NCBI GenBank assembly: GCA_963666315.2
Contig: CAXXHG010000009.1
Location: 1-57,910 of the forward strand
Source of the DNA: Candidatus Binatia bacterium
GTDB lineage: Bacteria; Desulfobacterota; Binatia; Bin18
Direction of reading: 5' to 3'
Length of the DNA: 57,910 nucleotides
Shown here: positions 30,350-40,898 of the stretch, piece after piece
Position numbering within the stretch: the stretch's first letter is position 1
Layout: each line of letters starts with the position of its first letter
Notes under the pieces: generated by a model
The model's input: the letters and a program-made list of their open reading frames with translations, nothing else
Databases searched by the model: none
What the model was told of the DNA's origin: nothing
Translations under genes and position numbers: made by a program

Positions 30350-30502
30350 GTGGGAGAATTTTTCGTTGAACTGTGGGATTTTATGCGCGAGCGAAAGAAA
30401 TTCTAGCTGCTGCCCATTATTCTCGTCTTACTCCTCTTTGGCGGTTTGATCGTCCTGACCCAGGGCTCGGCGGTTGCGCCGGCCATTTATACGCTCTTTT
30501 GA
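30350..30502 (+). pseudogene. SxtK-like (DUF5989-type) small membrane protein with a nonsense codon
   Basis: Manual translation VGEFFVELWDFMRERKKF*LLPIILVLLLFGGLIVLTQGSAVAPAIYTLF*; TAG replaces the W of the KKxWLxP motif. Confidence 0.8.
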
Positions 30503-30649
30503 CCCTCTTTTGAGCTTGCTGGAGCCTTGCCGAGAAAGATTCTTGATACACATTTTCGCTTTCACCCGTGCGAAATCAACACGCACAGGGATTGAGAACC
30601 ATTTGATATCCTCAAGCTGCATTGCCCAGAATGAATTTGCTGAGTGAAT

Positions 30650-31848
30650 TCTATGATAAAATGTCCTACCGCGGGTTCGTCTCTCGTGGTCATTGGAACA
30701 GCGGCCCGATTGCTTCTCTTAGAAGTGGGTTGCGAATTCTAGGGTTTTCTTCTCCGAGCTTTTTTACGTGGGATTATGATCTCGGCTTTGCTCTGCGCCC
30801 AAATGCCGAGGGGCGTTGCGAATGGAAGGAGAGGATTATATCCGCATTAATAGTGACGGTTTGCGAGACCGGGCTCATGCGAGGGACCCCCCCCCAAACG
30901 CTACGTATTGCGATAGTTGGGGATTCTTTTTCCGCCGCTATGCAGGTCCCAATGGAGCAAACTTTTTGGTCGATATTGGAGCGGGAATTAAAAGACTGTC
31001 CCGTTATAGACCAACAAAACGTCGAGGTTATTAATTTTGGAGTCGATAAATATGGGACTACGCAGGAGCTCCTTACCTTGTGACATACCGTCTGGAGCTA
31101 TTCTCCAGATATCGTCATTCTCGCATTTTTCACCGGCAATGCTATCCGCGATAACTCACACGCCCTCTCCAACGACCCCCGACCATATTTTTTCATCGAC
31201 GAGAATGAAGATTTAGCTCTGGACAACTCCTTTCGAGACTTGGGCGTCCCTCCCGTCTGGAGGAAGTTGACTGTTCGACTTGGCTATTGGGGACTGTATC
31301 ACTCTCGGGTGCTGCAAGTACTGAATGATCAAGGACGTTTTTTTCGGCCCCGCTTGGCAGAGTTTTTTGGGAGCAAAAATCAGTCACCAGATCGTGTTGA
31401 GGGTGAGGAACCCAACATAGCCAGCAACACCATTTACCAGGAACCCAAGGATGCGGTATGGACGGAGGCATGGCAAAACACAGAGGCGCTGATTGTGCTC
31501 ATGCGAGAGGGAGTAGAACAAAAGGGAGCAAATTTTCTCGTCGTGACTTTGAGTATCGGGATCCAAGTACATCCCGACCCAGCGGTGGTGCGTCAGAATT
31601 TTAGGAAAGCGTTTGGACTTCAGCCTTTATTTTATCCAGATCTAAGAATTAAGACGTTAGAAGAGAGAGAAGGTGTTGCGGTCCTGAACTTGGCCCAGCC
31701 GTTACAAATATATGCTGAGCGGAACAATGTTTTTTTACACGGGTTCGAAAACAGCAGTTTCGAGGTAGGGCATTGGAATGCTAAAGGTCATCAACGCGCA
31801 GGGAAACTAATCGCTTCGAGGCTGTGTCAAGAACCGTATGATGAATAA
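30650..31848 (+). pseudogene. SGNH/GDSL hydrolase, fragmented
   Basis: LEVGLRI, INSDGLRD, GDSF, INFGV..YGT, in-frame TGA at 31081-31083 (ELLTL*HTVWSYSPDIV), GHWNAKGH; at least two frameshifts. Start approximate. Confidence 0.8.
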
Positions 31849-31990
31849 GGTGGAGTTTGAGAAGTCCCGTGCATATCCTCTTACCCGCAGTCAAAACGGC
31901 AGACTCGATCGTCTGGTTACAGTAGATTTTTATTATATCTAGTGTACAACACACGGATCTGTGCTAACCGCTTGTTACCGCTGCTCTTTG

Positions 31991-32167
31991 TCAGCCCACC
32001 ACTTTTAGCAACGGGGCACCATTGGGGAAATTCGCGAGACTTGGCACAGGGAAATGGATCTCCAGGGCCTGAATTGCAGCTTGTTTATGGTCCGGACTGA
32101 GGTGGGCCTAGATGAGCGTCGTCTTGATGTCCTTGTGCCCGAGTAACTCCTGCACCATTCGCGGAGA
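31991..32167 (-). pseudogene. Tyrosine recombinase/integrase C-terminal remnant
   Basis: SPRMVQELLGHKDIKTTLI*AHLSPDHKQAAI: the box II LLGH..I.TT..Y motif with TAG (32108-32110) at the catalytic Tyr; cut by IS256 at 32168. Confidence 0.85.
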
Positions 32168-33375
32168 GAGCATGTCCCACTAGTCGTTAGGGTTTGCAGA
32201 GTAGACGCACCTGGGAGAAAATCCCAGGTGCGTAATCCTCGAAAGGAAGGAGTCCACAGATGCAGAAGACACGAGGAGAGCAGGAAAAGCAAGGTGAGTT
32301 GCTGTCGGTGCTCGCGGCGTTGGATGCCACCGCGTTCCAGGGGGTACTCCGAGAACGGGCCAAGCAGGCGGCCCTAGCGATGGCGCGGTAGCATTCTGAG
32401 AACAGGACGCAGAGGCGTTGTGTGGCCCGCGGTATAGCCGGAAGACGGATCAGCACTGTCATCGGGGAGGTAGTGAGCGGAGTACGATCGTACTGGAAGG
32501 CGCGCGGTATGGTGTCCGCCGCCCGCGCGTTGGCAAGGCTAACCGGGAGGTCGCCTTACCGACCCTAGCCAAGCTCCAAGCCCAGGACTTGTTAGATGAG
32601 CAGATGCGCCAACGGTTGGTGCTGGGCGGGAGCACCCGGGAACTACGAGCAGGTGATCAATGGCAACACCGAGAAGCTGGGGGTACGCGCAGGCGATACG
32701 GAGAACAGTGAGGTGGTGCGAGACTTACGGGCTTCGATCCGGGAGCGGGGCTTTCCCCTGCACTGTGAGCGCTTAGTGGCGGTCATTGATGGCGCCCAGG
32801 CCCGGCGCAAAGCCCTCACGCAGGTCTGTGGCGAGCGGGTGCTGATCCAACGCTGCTGGCTGCATAGGCTGCGCAACCTGCGCAGCTATATCTCGGAACG
32901 GGCTTATGGCTCGTTACACTGGCGGCTGAAGAAACTGATGAGCCTGAACTCCCTGACGGCCGCGCGGCGGGAACTGGCTGCGCTGCGCGCCTGGCTGGCT
33001 GCCCTCTCGGCCGACGCTGGAGCGTCGATAGAGGAAGTCGGGGCGGAACTGCTGACGCTCCACGGCCTGGGCCCCACGGGCGAACGGCGCAAGAGCCTCG
33101 CCGCCACTCACCTCATCGAGTCCCTCTTCTCCGTGGTCCGCGAGAAGATCCAGCGGGTCAAGAACGGGAAAGGACGGCGTTCCAATCAGAGCCTGCGCTG
33201 GGTGGCCTCGACGATCCGAGCGCATCGGACAAAAATGCGGCGCGTGCGGGGGATGACCCAAGCGGCCGTCTGGATTGCCGCGCTTGGCCCCCGACCGCTT
33301 GCGGCTCACGCCGCATGAGACTATGAGAGGACTTCGTCCACTCTCCCAAATTCTAACGATGGATGGGACAATCTC
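32168..33375 (+). mobile_element. IS256-family element, decayed
   Basis: Imperfect terminal IRs: GAGCATGTCCCACTAGTCGTTAG and the reverse complement of the right end, GAGATTGTCCCATCCATCGTTAG. Transposase motifs VIDG, QRCWLH, ATHLIES; stops, frameshifts and an apparent internal deletion. Confidence 0.85.
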
Positions 33376-33557
33376 CGTCTTTGGTCTTGAATAAGTTGAT
33401 TGACGATCCGGCACTCAGCATGGAAACGAAATCGGCCTGCGCTCGAAGGAAAGCCAAATCCGTCCATCATGTAAGGACCTAGGATGGAGGGCATAGCGTT
33501 ATTCCAATAGTGATTTATTTTTTCATAATTTACCTTGACCTGTGATGGGTGTTTCAT
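33376..33557 (-). pseudogene. N-terminal gene fragment truncated by IS256 (possibly a SAM methyltransferase)
   Basis: MKHPSQVKVNYEKINHYWN... overlaps the upstream gene's stop codon and runs into the IS end. Confidence 0.45.
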
Positions 33558-34366
33558 CAGATCGCATAACCTTCATAGTTTTCTACATCTGAGATAACGC
33601 TGCGATGTTGATTACCATTGTTGCGGAACATGCGCTCGCAGACGTTTAAGTCCTCTACTGTATCGATTTCATACCAACGTTCCTTCGCAAACAGAACGCA
33701 TTGAAAATTCAGACTGCCATCAGTGATCATGTCGGCAAAAACTGTTTCGTAATAATCATTGACCTTTCCAGCGGAAATATAGTGATCCAAGCGTGCTGCA
33801 ACCCTTTTCCAGGTTGGTTGCGAAAAACTGTAAATATTGACCGTTTTATATGCAATACCGTGTGTCTTGGTTAAGAAAGGATTAAGATTAAATGCAGTTA
33901 CTGTGCGGTCGAGATTAGCAGTAATTGTTGTCCCATTCATCCATGGCAGAATATGCGATACGGCAATTCTGCCCGGATAAAGCATATTGTTCAACAGGGA
34001 AGGAGCAAAAATCAGATCACTTTCAAACAACAGGAAGGGGGATAGAATTTTGTTTCGTGCCAGCCAAAGCGAATAGATATTATTGGTTGTCCTGTACTTT
34101 GGACTGACAATATACTCAATAGTAAGGTTTCCCGCTATCCGAGCGAGAAATTGCCGAATACTTTGTTCTAAATATCCTACAACCACAATGAGACGTTTAA
34201 ATTTATGCAGATGAAGGGTATCAACTAAGTGCGCTAAAATTTCCTTCTCATTAACTTTTATTAGGCATTTAGGTATATCCTGGGTTAAAGGCCGTAAACG
34301 GTGTCCAATACCCGCGGCAAGCAATACAGCAGTCGTTATCCGTTCTGTGTGGCCAATCTGATGCAT
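33557..34366 (-). CDS. Phosphocholine cytidylyltransferase-like (LicC-family) nucleotidyltransferase; low GC
   Basis: LAAGIGHRLRPLT..PKCL, TNNIYSLW, ESDL, WYEIDTVEDL. Confidence 0.85.
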   Translation of the reverse strand: MHQIGHTERITTAVLLAAGIGHRLRPLTQDIPKCLIKVNEKEILAHLVDTLHLHKFKRLIVVVGYLEQSIRQFLARIAGNLTIEYIVSPKYRTTNNIYSLWLARNKILSPFLLFESDLIFAPSLLNNMLYPGRIAVSHILPWMNGTTITANLDRTVTAFNLNPFLTKTHGIAYKTVNIYSFSQPTWKRVAARLDHYISAGKVNDYYETVFADMITDGSLNFQCVLFAKERWYEIDTVEDLNVCERMFRNNGNQHRSVISDVENYEGYAI

Positions 34367-35108
34367 ATAGTTCCCCGATTCAAAAAGAGTAAATTGCGAG
34401 CAGAGGTCCGACCGCTCGTGGAGCTACTAGCCCAGGTTGCGATAGTCGGTCCTAAAGAACTGCTGGAGGACAAAAATGACGAAGAGTGGCGGGGGGTGAA
34501 GGCTTTGGGGGGAAACTTCGGGCGGTCGAGAGGTCGCGCGTCCGGCGCCACCTCTAACGTGGTGCGCGCAGCATCCCGCGGCGAACGGACCAGCGCGCAT
34601 CTGTTTTTTACATCCCTGTCCCACTTATCGGCTCCTCACCCCTCCAGCCTGTACGGATTTCAACGCAGCTCTACCCTACCGAGACTGCCTTAATGAAATG
34701 GGCAAACACCGCAACGTCTTGCAGACTAACGCTGAGCGCGAAAGAGCTCTACAGACCACAAAGACAGGTGACCATAGCACCTTTCGGCACCCATCTTCTA
34801 GTCTCGTATCACCAGTGTGAGGCAGCTGCTTCTTGTAGCCCAACCCGCAGTGCCCTCCCCTCCCTACAATGCGGTTGCCCGCGTGGCGGTCGCTCGCGTG
34901 GTCAGAGCGTAAATCTGGCAATCCTCTCCAGGATAGTAGCTCAGAGGGGTAGGTATTGGAGGGCGATTTCTGAGTCCCCCGCGTTATATCGTCTAAGGTC
35001 TTGATTCTGATAAGGATTTGGTCGGGATCGGCTCTGAGCAGGCGCCCAAGAAAAAAGTCCCTTCAGGTGAGAAGAATGCCGAAAGAGCCTAAGTCATTGA
35101 TTTTGTAA

Positions 35109-35164
35109 TGCTGGAGGCGGGGCTCGTACCCATACGGGGCTATGCCCCACAAGATTTTAAGAGC
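35109..35164 (-). pseudogene. Degenerate 3' half of tRNA-Leu(TAA), probable att-site scar
   Basis: Minus strand: CT-TAA-AA anticodon loop, variable arm GGGGC-ATA-GCCCC, decayed T-arm GGGTACGAGCCC, acceptor strand GCCTCCAGCA; no 5' half. Confidence 0.75.
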
Positions 35165-35326
35165 CCCGTCAAAAAAGGGTCTGCCCTACCGGATTTATTT
35201 ACACTCTCTTTTAAGTGTCTGTATTAACAGCACAATATAGAAAACCAGGCTTGGGCGGTGTTTTCTACTCGCCTTATGCCAATCGAGCAATGAACTGCAA
35301 GTATCGAGTAAGAACCTCGGCAGACG

Positions 35327-36021
35327 CTAAGTTCTGAACAAAAGGTCTAAGCCCTTGGTGGTCTCAAACACACAATTCATGCACCAACACCCGTCAGAGG
35401 AGAGGCCGAAGAATGGCACCGGCATTGTCTCCGCGACCTCGCTGCCCAGCAAACGGCGGTCGAATGGAAATTCCTGGTTGGCGACGCGCGGGTCCGTAAG
35501 CGCGTTCGCAAGGAAGTCGACGATGTTGACTTGGAATCGCTCTGGCATCTTGAGCATCGAGTAGTCGACAAACCCGCCCCTCGCGGTAGGAATCCCGCTC
35601 TGGTTTTCAGTGAACTGGGTGTATCCCGTACCGAGCGAAACCGCGTTGTAGAAATCGATCGAATCCTGCGCGTCGACAGTCCAACCTGCGTGCGTGAGCG
35701 CTCCGCGGAGCCCCACGTCGCGCAGGCTCGGCGTCTTGAAGCGCCCGAAGTCCGCCGCGTCGTTGGTCACGTCCATGCGTCCCGCGTCCTCGTCGGCCGG
35801 GCGCAACCCAATGTTGTAATAGGCGTTGTCGGTGAAGAGCCGAAGCGTATAACAATTGTCACATACCGTTCGATTTTCAAAGGTTTCGTAGCCCCTGATC
35901 TGTGCGGGCGTCATGGCGTTCAGATCGCCCGCCAGGTAAAGGTCAAAGGGTGTCCGGTCGGCGACGAGGGTCCGGTCGTAGGTGGCGATGGCGAAGGCGA
36001 TCCCGACGGAAACCGGAGGTT
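35327..36021 (-). pseudogene. C-terminal fragment of a di-heme cytochrome c peroxidase/MauG-family gene
   Basis: AIATYDRTLVADRTPFD, CDNCY (expected CxxCH), NIGLRP, FKTPSLR, ALTDPRV; N-terminal half missing; high GC. Confidence 0.75.
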
Positions 36022-36161
36022 TAACCAGTCGGCTTCACTGCAGAGCATTGGGCTCGCATAGAGACGAAACAAGCCAACGAAGGCTTCCCGGGTTTCTTCA
36101 TCTCCCGAAAAAGACGGCCTTCCAGGGCTCAGAGCCGTATCCGGCTATATCCTTCAACCGC

Positions 36162-36191
36162 TTGCCGCACTGGCAGGTCTCGGTCTATACT
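36162..36191 (+). promoter_or_regulatory. Possible sigma70 promoter of gldA
   Basis: TTGCCG-18 bp-TATACT. Confidence 0.4.
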
Positions 36192-36239
36192 GCTCAAATC
36201 CTATGCTATCCGAGCGAGTGACACTTAAAGGAGGGACGC

Positions 36240-37352
36240 ATGCTCTCGGTCTTCTCAGCTCCAAGCCACTATGTTCAAGGCAAGAATGCCACGGCTGCAC
36301 TTGGAACAGAAATGCAGCGCATCGGCCTGCAAGGGCCGGCGCTTATCGTTGCCGGGAAAAGCGCTATTCGTCTGCTTTCGGAAGTCTGGCAGAAGCACCT
36401 CCAAGATGCAGGCATTAGCCATGCTGTGCACCAGTTTGGAGGAGAGTGCTCCTACCCTGAGATTGAACGTATCAAAGAGACAGCGCGTGAGCATAAGGCT
36501 CAGGTCGTCATTGGGGCGGGTGGAGGAAAGGTTCTGGATGCCGCGCGGGCTGTGGCCGACGACCTCGACCTGCCGGTTGTTAATTGTCCAACCGTTGCCT
36601 CAAGCGATGCCCCATGCAGCGCGCTTTCGGTGATGTATACGCCTGAAGGCGTGTTTCAGGAATATCGTTTCTATCGCAAGAACCCTGACCTCGTTGTCGT
36701 GGATACCTACGTTGTTGCCCAGGCTCCAGCGCGTCTGCTGGTTGCCGGCATGGGCGATGCACTCGCGACCTGGTTTGAAGCCAAAACATGCGTGGACGGC
36801 CATATACAGAATATGCGCGGTGGAGCATCAACCCGAAGCGCCGAAAAGCTAGCCGAGCTGTGTTACAATATTCTGATCGAAGACGGTCCGGACGCCAAGC
36901 GAGCGGTTGAACGCAATGTGGTCAATCCAGCCCTGGAACGACTGGTTGAAGCTAATACCTTACTCTCGGGATTGGGCTTCGAGTCTGCCGGCCTGGCGGC
37001 TGCGCATGCCGTGCATAACGGTCTAACGGCCACGCCTCTCACCCACCCCTACTACCACGGTGAAAAGGTCGCCTATGGGCTGCTCACACAGCTGATTCTT
37101 GAGGGCAAGCCGCGCTCTGTCATTGATCCCGTACTCACCTTTTCCTCGGCAGTCGGACTGCCCATCACCCTGGCTGAGATCGGACTTGCAGAGCTACCAG
37201 ACGACCTGCTCACCCAGGTTGCCCGACGGGCAACAGCGGACGGGGAAACCATTCATAACGAGCCCTTCGAAGTCCGACCCGATATGGTTGCCGATGCCAT
37301 CCTCGCCGCTGACTCTATGGGACGGGCCTGGCAGGATCAGCACAAGGAGTAG
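36240..37352 (+). CDS. gldA: Glycerol dehydrogenase
   Basis: FGGECS, GAGGGKVLD, ASSDAPCSALSV, AGMGDALATWFEA, HAVHNG, HGEKVAYG. Confidence 0.93.
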   Translation: MLSVFSAPSHYVQGKNATAALGTEMQRIGLQGPALIVAGKSAIRLLSEVWQKHLQDAGISHAVHQFGGECSYPEIERIKETAREHKAQVVIGAGGGKVLDAARAVADDLDLPVVNCPTVASSDAPCSALSVMYTPEGVFQEYRFYRKNPDLVVVDTYVVAQAPARLLVAGMGDALATWFEAKTCVDGHIQNMRGGASTRSAEKLAELCYNILIEDGPDAKRAVERNVVNPALERLVEANTLLSGLGFESAGLAAAHAVHNGLTATPLTHPYYHGEKVAYGLLTQLILEGKPRSVIDPVLTFSSAVGLPITLAEIGLAELPDDLLTQVARRATADGETIHNEPFEVRPDMVADAILAADSMGRAWQDQHKE

Positions 37353-37490
37353 TAACAAGCAGTAGCGAGAAAGAGAGATACTGCCCGCGTGAGGAAACCG
37401 TGCATCCTCAAATTTCGATAAGACCGGAGCGCGCGCGAACACAACGTTTATATATCCATGTCCCTCGCTCTCTGGTGCTGAGCTGACACC

Positions 37491-37640
37491 ATGATATTTG
37501 ACGAGACCCTCACAAGCGTTCTTGCTCAGCTCGAAAGAGAACGGCGTATTGCCTACCGCACGCTGCGCCGCCGCTTAGCGCTCAGCGCCGAAGACATTGA
37601 AGATATCAAGGCCGAACTGATCGACGCCCAACAGAGCTGA
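37491..37640 (+). pseudogene. Isolated N-terminal fragment resembling the leader domain of adenylate/guanylate cyclase-AAA proteins
   Basis: MIFDETLTSVLAQLERERRIAYRTLRRRLALSAEDIEDIKAELIDAQQS*. Confidence 0.5.
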
Positions 37641-37731
37641 TCGTGCACGATTTGCGGGCTGCGACCATAGGCGGGGAGGCGGTTGCAACACTGACACCGC
37701 TCTTGCCCGTGTGGTTCGATCTTGACCTGAC

Positions 37732-37932
37732 CTATGGCACAGGGAAAAATCTGTGTTGGCGACCAGCCGGTCCACGCCCGGACGCACCTTTGCCCCCCAG
37801 ACGCCCGCCGAGTTGGTAGACGGTGACGTGATATTTCCCCTGGTGTTCCGGACGGGTGAGTTCAAAAGCGGCGGCTATGGATGCACAGCGTCCGCCGATG
37901 ATCGCCACTTCAATGGGTTTTGTGTCACCCAC
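37732..37932 (-). pseudogene. Truncated FAD/NAD(P)-binding oxidoreductase N-terminus
   Basis: VAIIGG(R)CASIAAAFEL...VYQLGGRLGGKGASGR, then ends. Confidence 0.65.
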
Positions 37933-38106
37933 AGCCTCGTCCCTTCCCTGTGTTACACTGCTTAAATGAGGCGAACCCTACTGCCTTTTCCGTGATACGT
38001 CAAGGGAAAGTCAGTAGCACAGGGAATATCCGATTGGTTGCTAGTCAGAGTCTCAGACCGGAGATAGAGAAAAATAAAGAGAACGGGAAAAAGGAGGCAG
38101 ACACTG

Positions 38107-39477
38107 TTAGTCTGTCCCGTCCAGCGCGCCAAACACAAGTTTGCCCTCGCGTTCTTGAGCCGCAATCAGCGCTCTCAGGTCAGCCGACAATTCTATCCGG
38201 CGCTCGGTGGGGAATTTATCTTCTTCCAGCGAAGGACGCAGGTAAAATTCATCTGCCACATCGAGACTCATCAGCCCTTTTGGTGGTGCCAAGAACCATT
38301 CGCGCCGCATGAAGCTGGGAGTGAAGAATATCTGCTTGTCCGCTTCTGACCACTGCTGAGGCAAAAAGCCATGAACCGAGGCCGACAGAAGATCAATGGA
38401 AATGTCCCACCACAGATCAAATAAAACGGCATATCCGTGCTCGCCAAGCTGGGGGTTGGCATGCGTCCCGATACGGGCGTTTACAAAGTCCAACTTCCCG
38501 TCCCGATCGTACTCTTCGATCCGGAGAGGAAAAAAGGCCTCTTGGTCCAGCCAATAAATGAGTTTGCTAACATAGTAGTCCTTGAGCCAGGCCGCCTTGG
38601 GCACAGCTTCGACGACAAAACACTTGACCCCAGCCTGTTCCTTATACAAGGGGTAATCTTTGCCCATTAATTTGATGTCACTCGCCTGGACTTCGATATA
38701 GTCGCCTGTTTCATTTGTGAGAATGGCCGACTGGCGCGTCACGGGGAAGCGCACGGTTTTATACAGCACGTCAGTCCCAAGAATACGCCACGAAAACTCC
38801 CACGCATCGCGGCCGATCAGATCGTCAAACGTTGCGGCGCTATTGGGCAGACGGTCTTCCCGACGGGGCTGGGGTTGGTGCCGAATGCGCCGCAGCGCAG
38901 GGGAATAAGCGAACATGTCGATTTTGGTCGTAAACGTCTGATCCGTACGGTAGCCGATCCACAGCGCTTGGTTGCCGTAGCGCTCGGGTGGCGACACAGA
39001 CTGGGTGAGCCAGCGGTAGACCTCTTGGCCCGATTTGGTACCGTAGAGCTGCTCTGTGAACCCGCCTTGGAGCAAATACAGAATGGGGATGATGGTGACG
39101 CGTTGACTCATAAAACCCGAGCTGGTGACCGTAAAGGCAAGGTCCACCAGCGTACAATCCCAAAACGGGGAATGCGGGAATTCCATAGCCCGGAGTCCCA
39201 TCTCCTCAGCCGTATAGGGCGGTTGAAACGGAAATTTTTCTGCGGGCAGATAGGGAATAGTCGCGTCTCGTGGCGTATCGGTCCGAAAATCCAACAACGC
39301 CTGCTCCTCGTCAGACAGCTCAGCTACTGTCTTCCACGTCTTCCACATCTTCGGCCGCTGCACGCCGCTCTGTCCTTGCGCCCAGACGATCGGCCCGGTA
39401 TTGAGGCCCCCGGAGCAATCCCACATGGCCCATAGGCAGCAGGTGGCTACCCACAGGAGGAGAATTCTTGTGGACAT
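38107..39477 (-). CDS. DUF1329-like exported protein (LolA-like/outer-membrane sorting fold)
   Basis: Signal-like N-terminus, YSPALRRIR, FDDLIGRDAWEFSW, LRIEEYDRDGKL; paralog of the next gene. Confidence 0.75.
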   Translation of the reverse strand: MSTRILLLWVATCCLWAMWDCSGGLNTGPIVWAQGQSGVQRPKMWKTWKTVAELSDEEQALLDFRTDTPRDATIPYLPAEKFPFQPPYTAEEMGLRAMEFPHSPFWDCTLVDLAFTVTSSGFMSQRVTIIPILYLLQGGFTEQLYGTKSGQEVYRWLTQSVSPPERYGNQALWIGYRTDQTFTTKIDMFAYSPALRRIRHQPQPRREDRLPNSAATFDDLIGRDAWEFSWRILGTDVLYKTVRFPVTRQSAILTNETGDYIEVQASDIKLMGKDYPLYKEQAGVKCFVVEAVPKAAWLKDYYVSKLIYWLDQEAFFPLRIEEYDRDGKLDFVNARIGTHANPQLGEHGYAVLFDLWWDISIDLLSASVHGFLPQQWSEADKQIFFTPSFMRREWFLAPPKGLMSLDVADEFYLRPSLEEDKFPTERRIELSADLRALIAAQEREGKLVFGALDGTD

Positions 39478-40837
39478 TATGGCGTCTTGGTTGCGCTGAG
39501 CTGGGAGGTCGTCTCAAAGACGAGGTGCCCGGCTTCTTCTTGAGCGTCTATCCGGCGCGCAACAGCCTCAGACACGACAATCTTGCGCTCGTGCGGAAAT
39601 TTGTGTGGGTAGAGTAATGGGCGTAAGAAAAACTTTTTAGGCGTATACACCAAGGCCTGTGTTTTGAGCGGATACTTGAGCCATCTGCGACGCATAAAAT
39701 CGGGCTCAAACATCGTGTCTTGATCTTCTTTGGACCATTCCTTGACCCAATGCGCATCGTGCGCACTATAGCTCATCAAATCTAAGGCAATATCATAATA
39801 CACCGTGAACAGTCCGGCATACCCACGTTCTTCTAGTGCCGGGTTGACGAGATAGGCATTCCGAACCTCGATCACATGCAGCTGGTTATCATGGTCATAC
39901 TGCTCGATGCGTAGCGGATAGAAACTATGCTGGTCGAGCCAATAGATGAGCTTGCCGATGCGATAGTTGGGCAGCCAGTCTTTACGCGTGCGCGCCTCAA
40001 CAACATAACAGGCTACGCCGCCATCATCGGTATAGTGCGGATACGCCGCTCCGAGCATTTTAATGTGATCCGACGGGACCTCATCAAAATGCCCATCGGG
40101 CCGGGCGAGGGTGACCGTCGGACGGGTATTAGGAAAACGAACCGTCTCATGCAGCACGTCCGTTCCGAGCAGGCGCCAGGAGAACTCCCAGGCATCTCGC
40201 CCAACGATATCATCAAAGCTCTGGACATTATTCGGGAACTGGGCATCCCGGCGCGGTTGAGGCTGGCGGCGAACGCGACGTAAAGCTGGGCTATAGATGA
40301 AATTGTCAAGCTTGGTCGTTTCCTGTTGATCCGTGCGCCTCAGTATCCAGAGATCCTGTAAACCCTGACTCTCCGGTGGATAGGTGTAAAAAAACGCCAT
40401 CCGAAAATACACTGCTCCTGGCGCCATGGTGAGTTGGCCGAGCACCCCATCCTGGTCGGGGACATAATGGCTAAACCCGACTGTAATACCCTCATCCAGA
40501 TATCCATTCCATTACTCGTGATAGCCCCAAACACATCGGCCATGGCATGCGACCAGCGGGCCACGTGAGGAAACTCCATGGAGCGATAGCCCATCTCTTC
40601 TGCGGTATACGGCGGCTCAAAGGGGTAGCGTTCAGCCGGGAGATACGGAGTCGCGCTGTCTCGCGGGGTATCGAGGCGAAAATCAATGCGGACTTTTTCT
40701 ACCTCGGACAGCTCAGCTATGGTCTTCCAGGTCCTTTGCTGGCTGCCGTTCTGCTCGGCGGCTCTAGCGCTCGGTACAGCCAAGGTAGAGAGAAGAGAAA
40801 AGGCACATAGCGTAAGGAAAAAAAAGCGAATATTCAT
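39477..40837 (-). pseudogene. DUF1329-like exported protein, frameshifted by a 5-bp duplication
   Basis: CCATT x2 at 40504-40513; removing one copy joins ORFs 40340..40837 and 39477..40445 through TSNGYLDEGITVGFSHY. Confidence 0.8.
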
Positions 40838-40898
40838 AGGATAATCGTCCTCTAAGAGCTGTCCGAAACAGAGTGGTTCTCTCTTTCAAGAGAGCCGA

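Noticed and set aside
30350-31848. Saxitoxin cluster, from the SxtK-like and SGNH genes
   Set aside because: No sxtA, sxtG or other core genes; these families are widespread with carbamoyltransferases.
34380-35004. Short ORFs and a G-rich stretch as a phage packaging or small-gene module
   Set aside because: No recognisable motifs or neighbouring phage genes.
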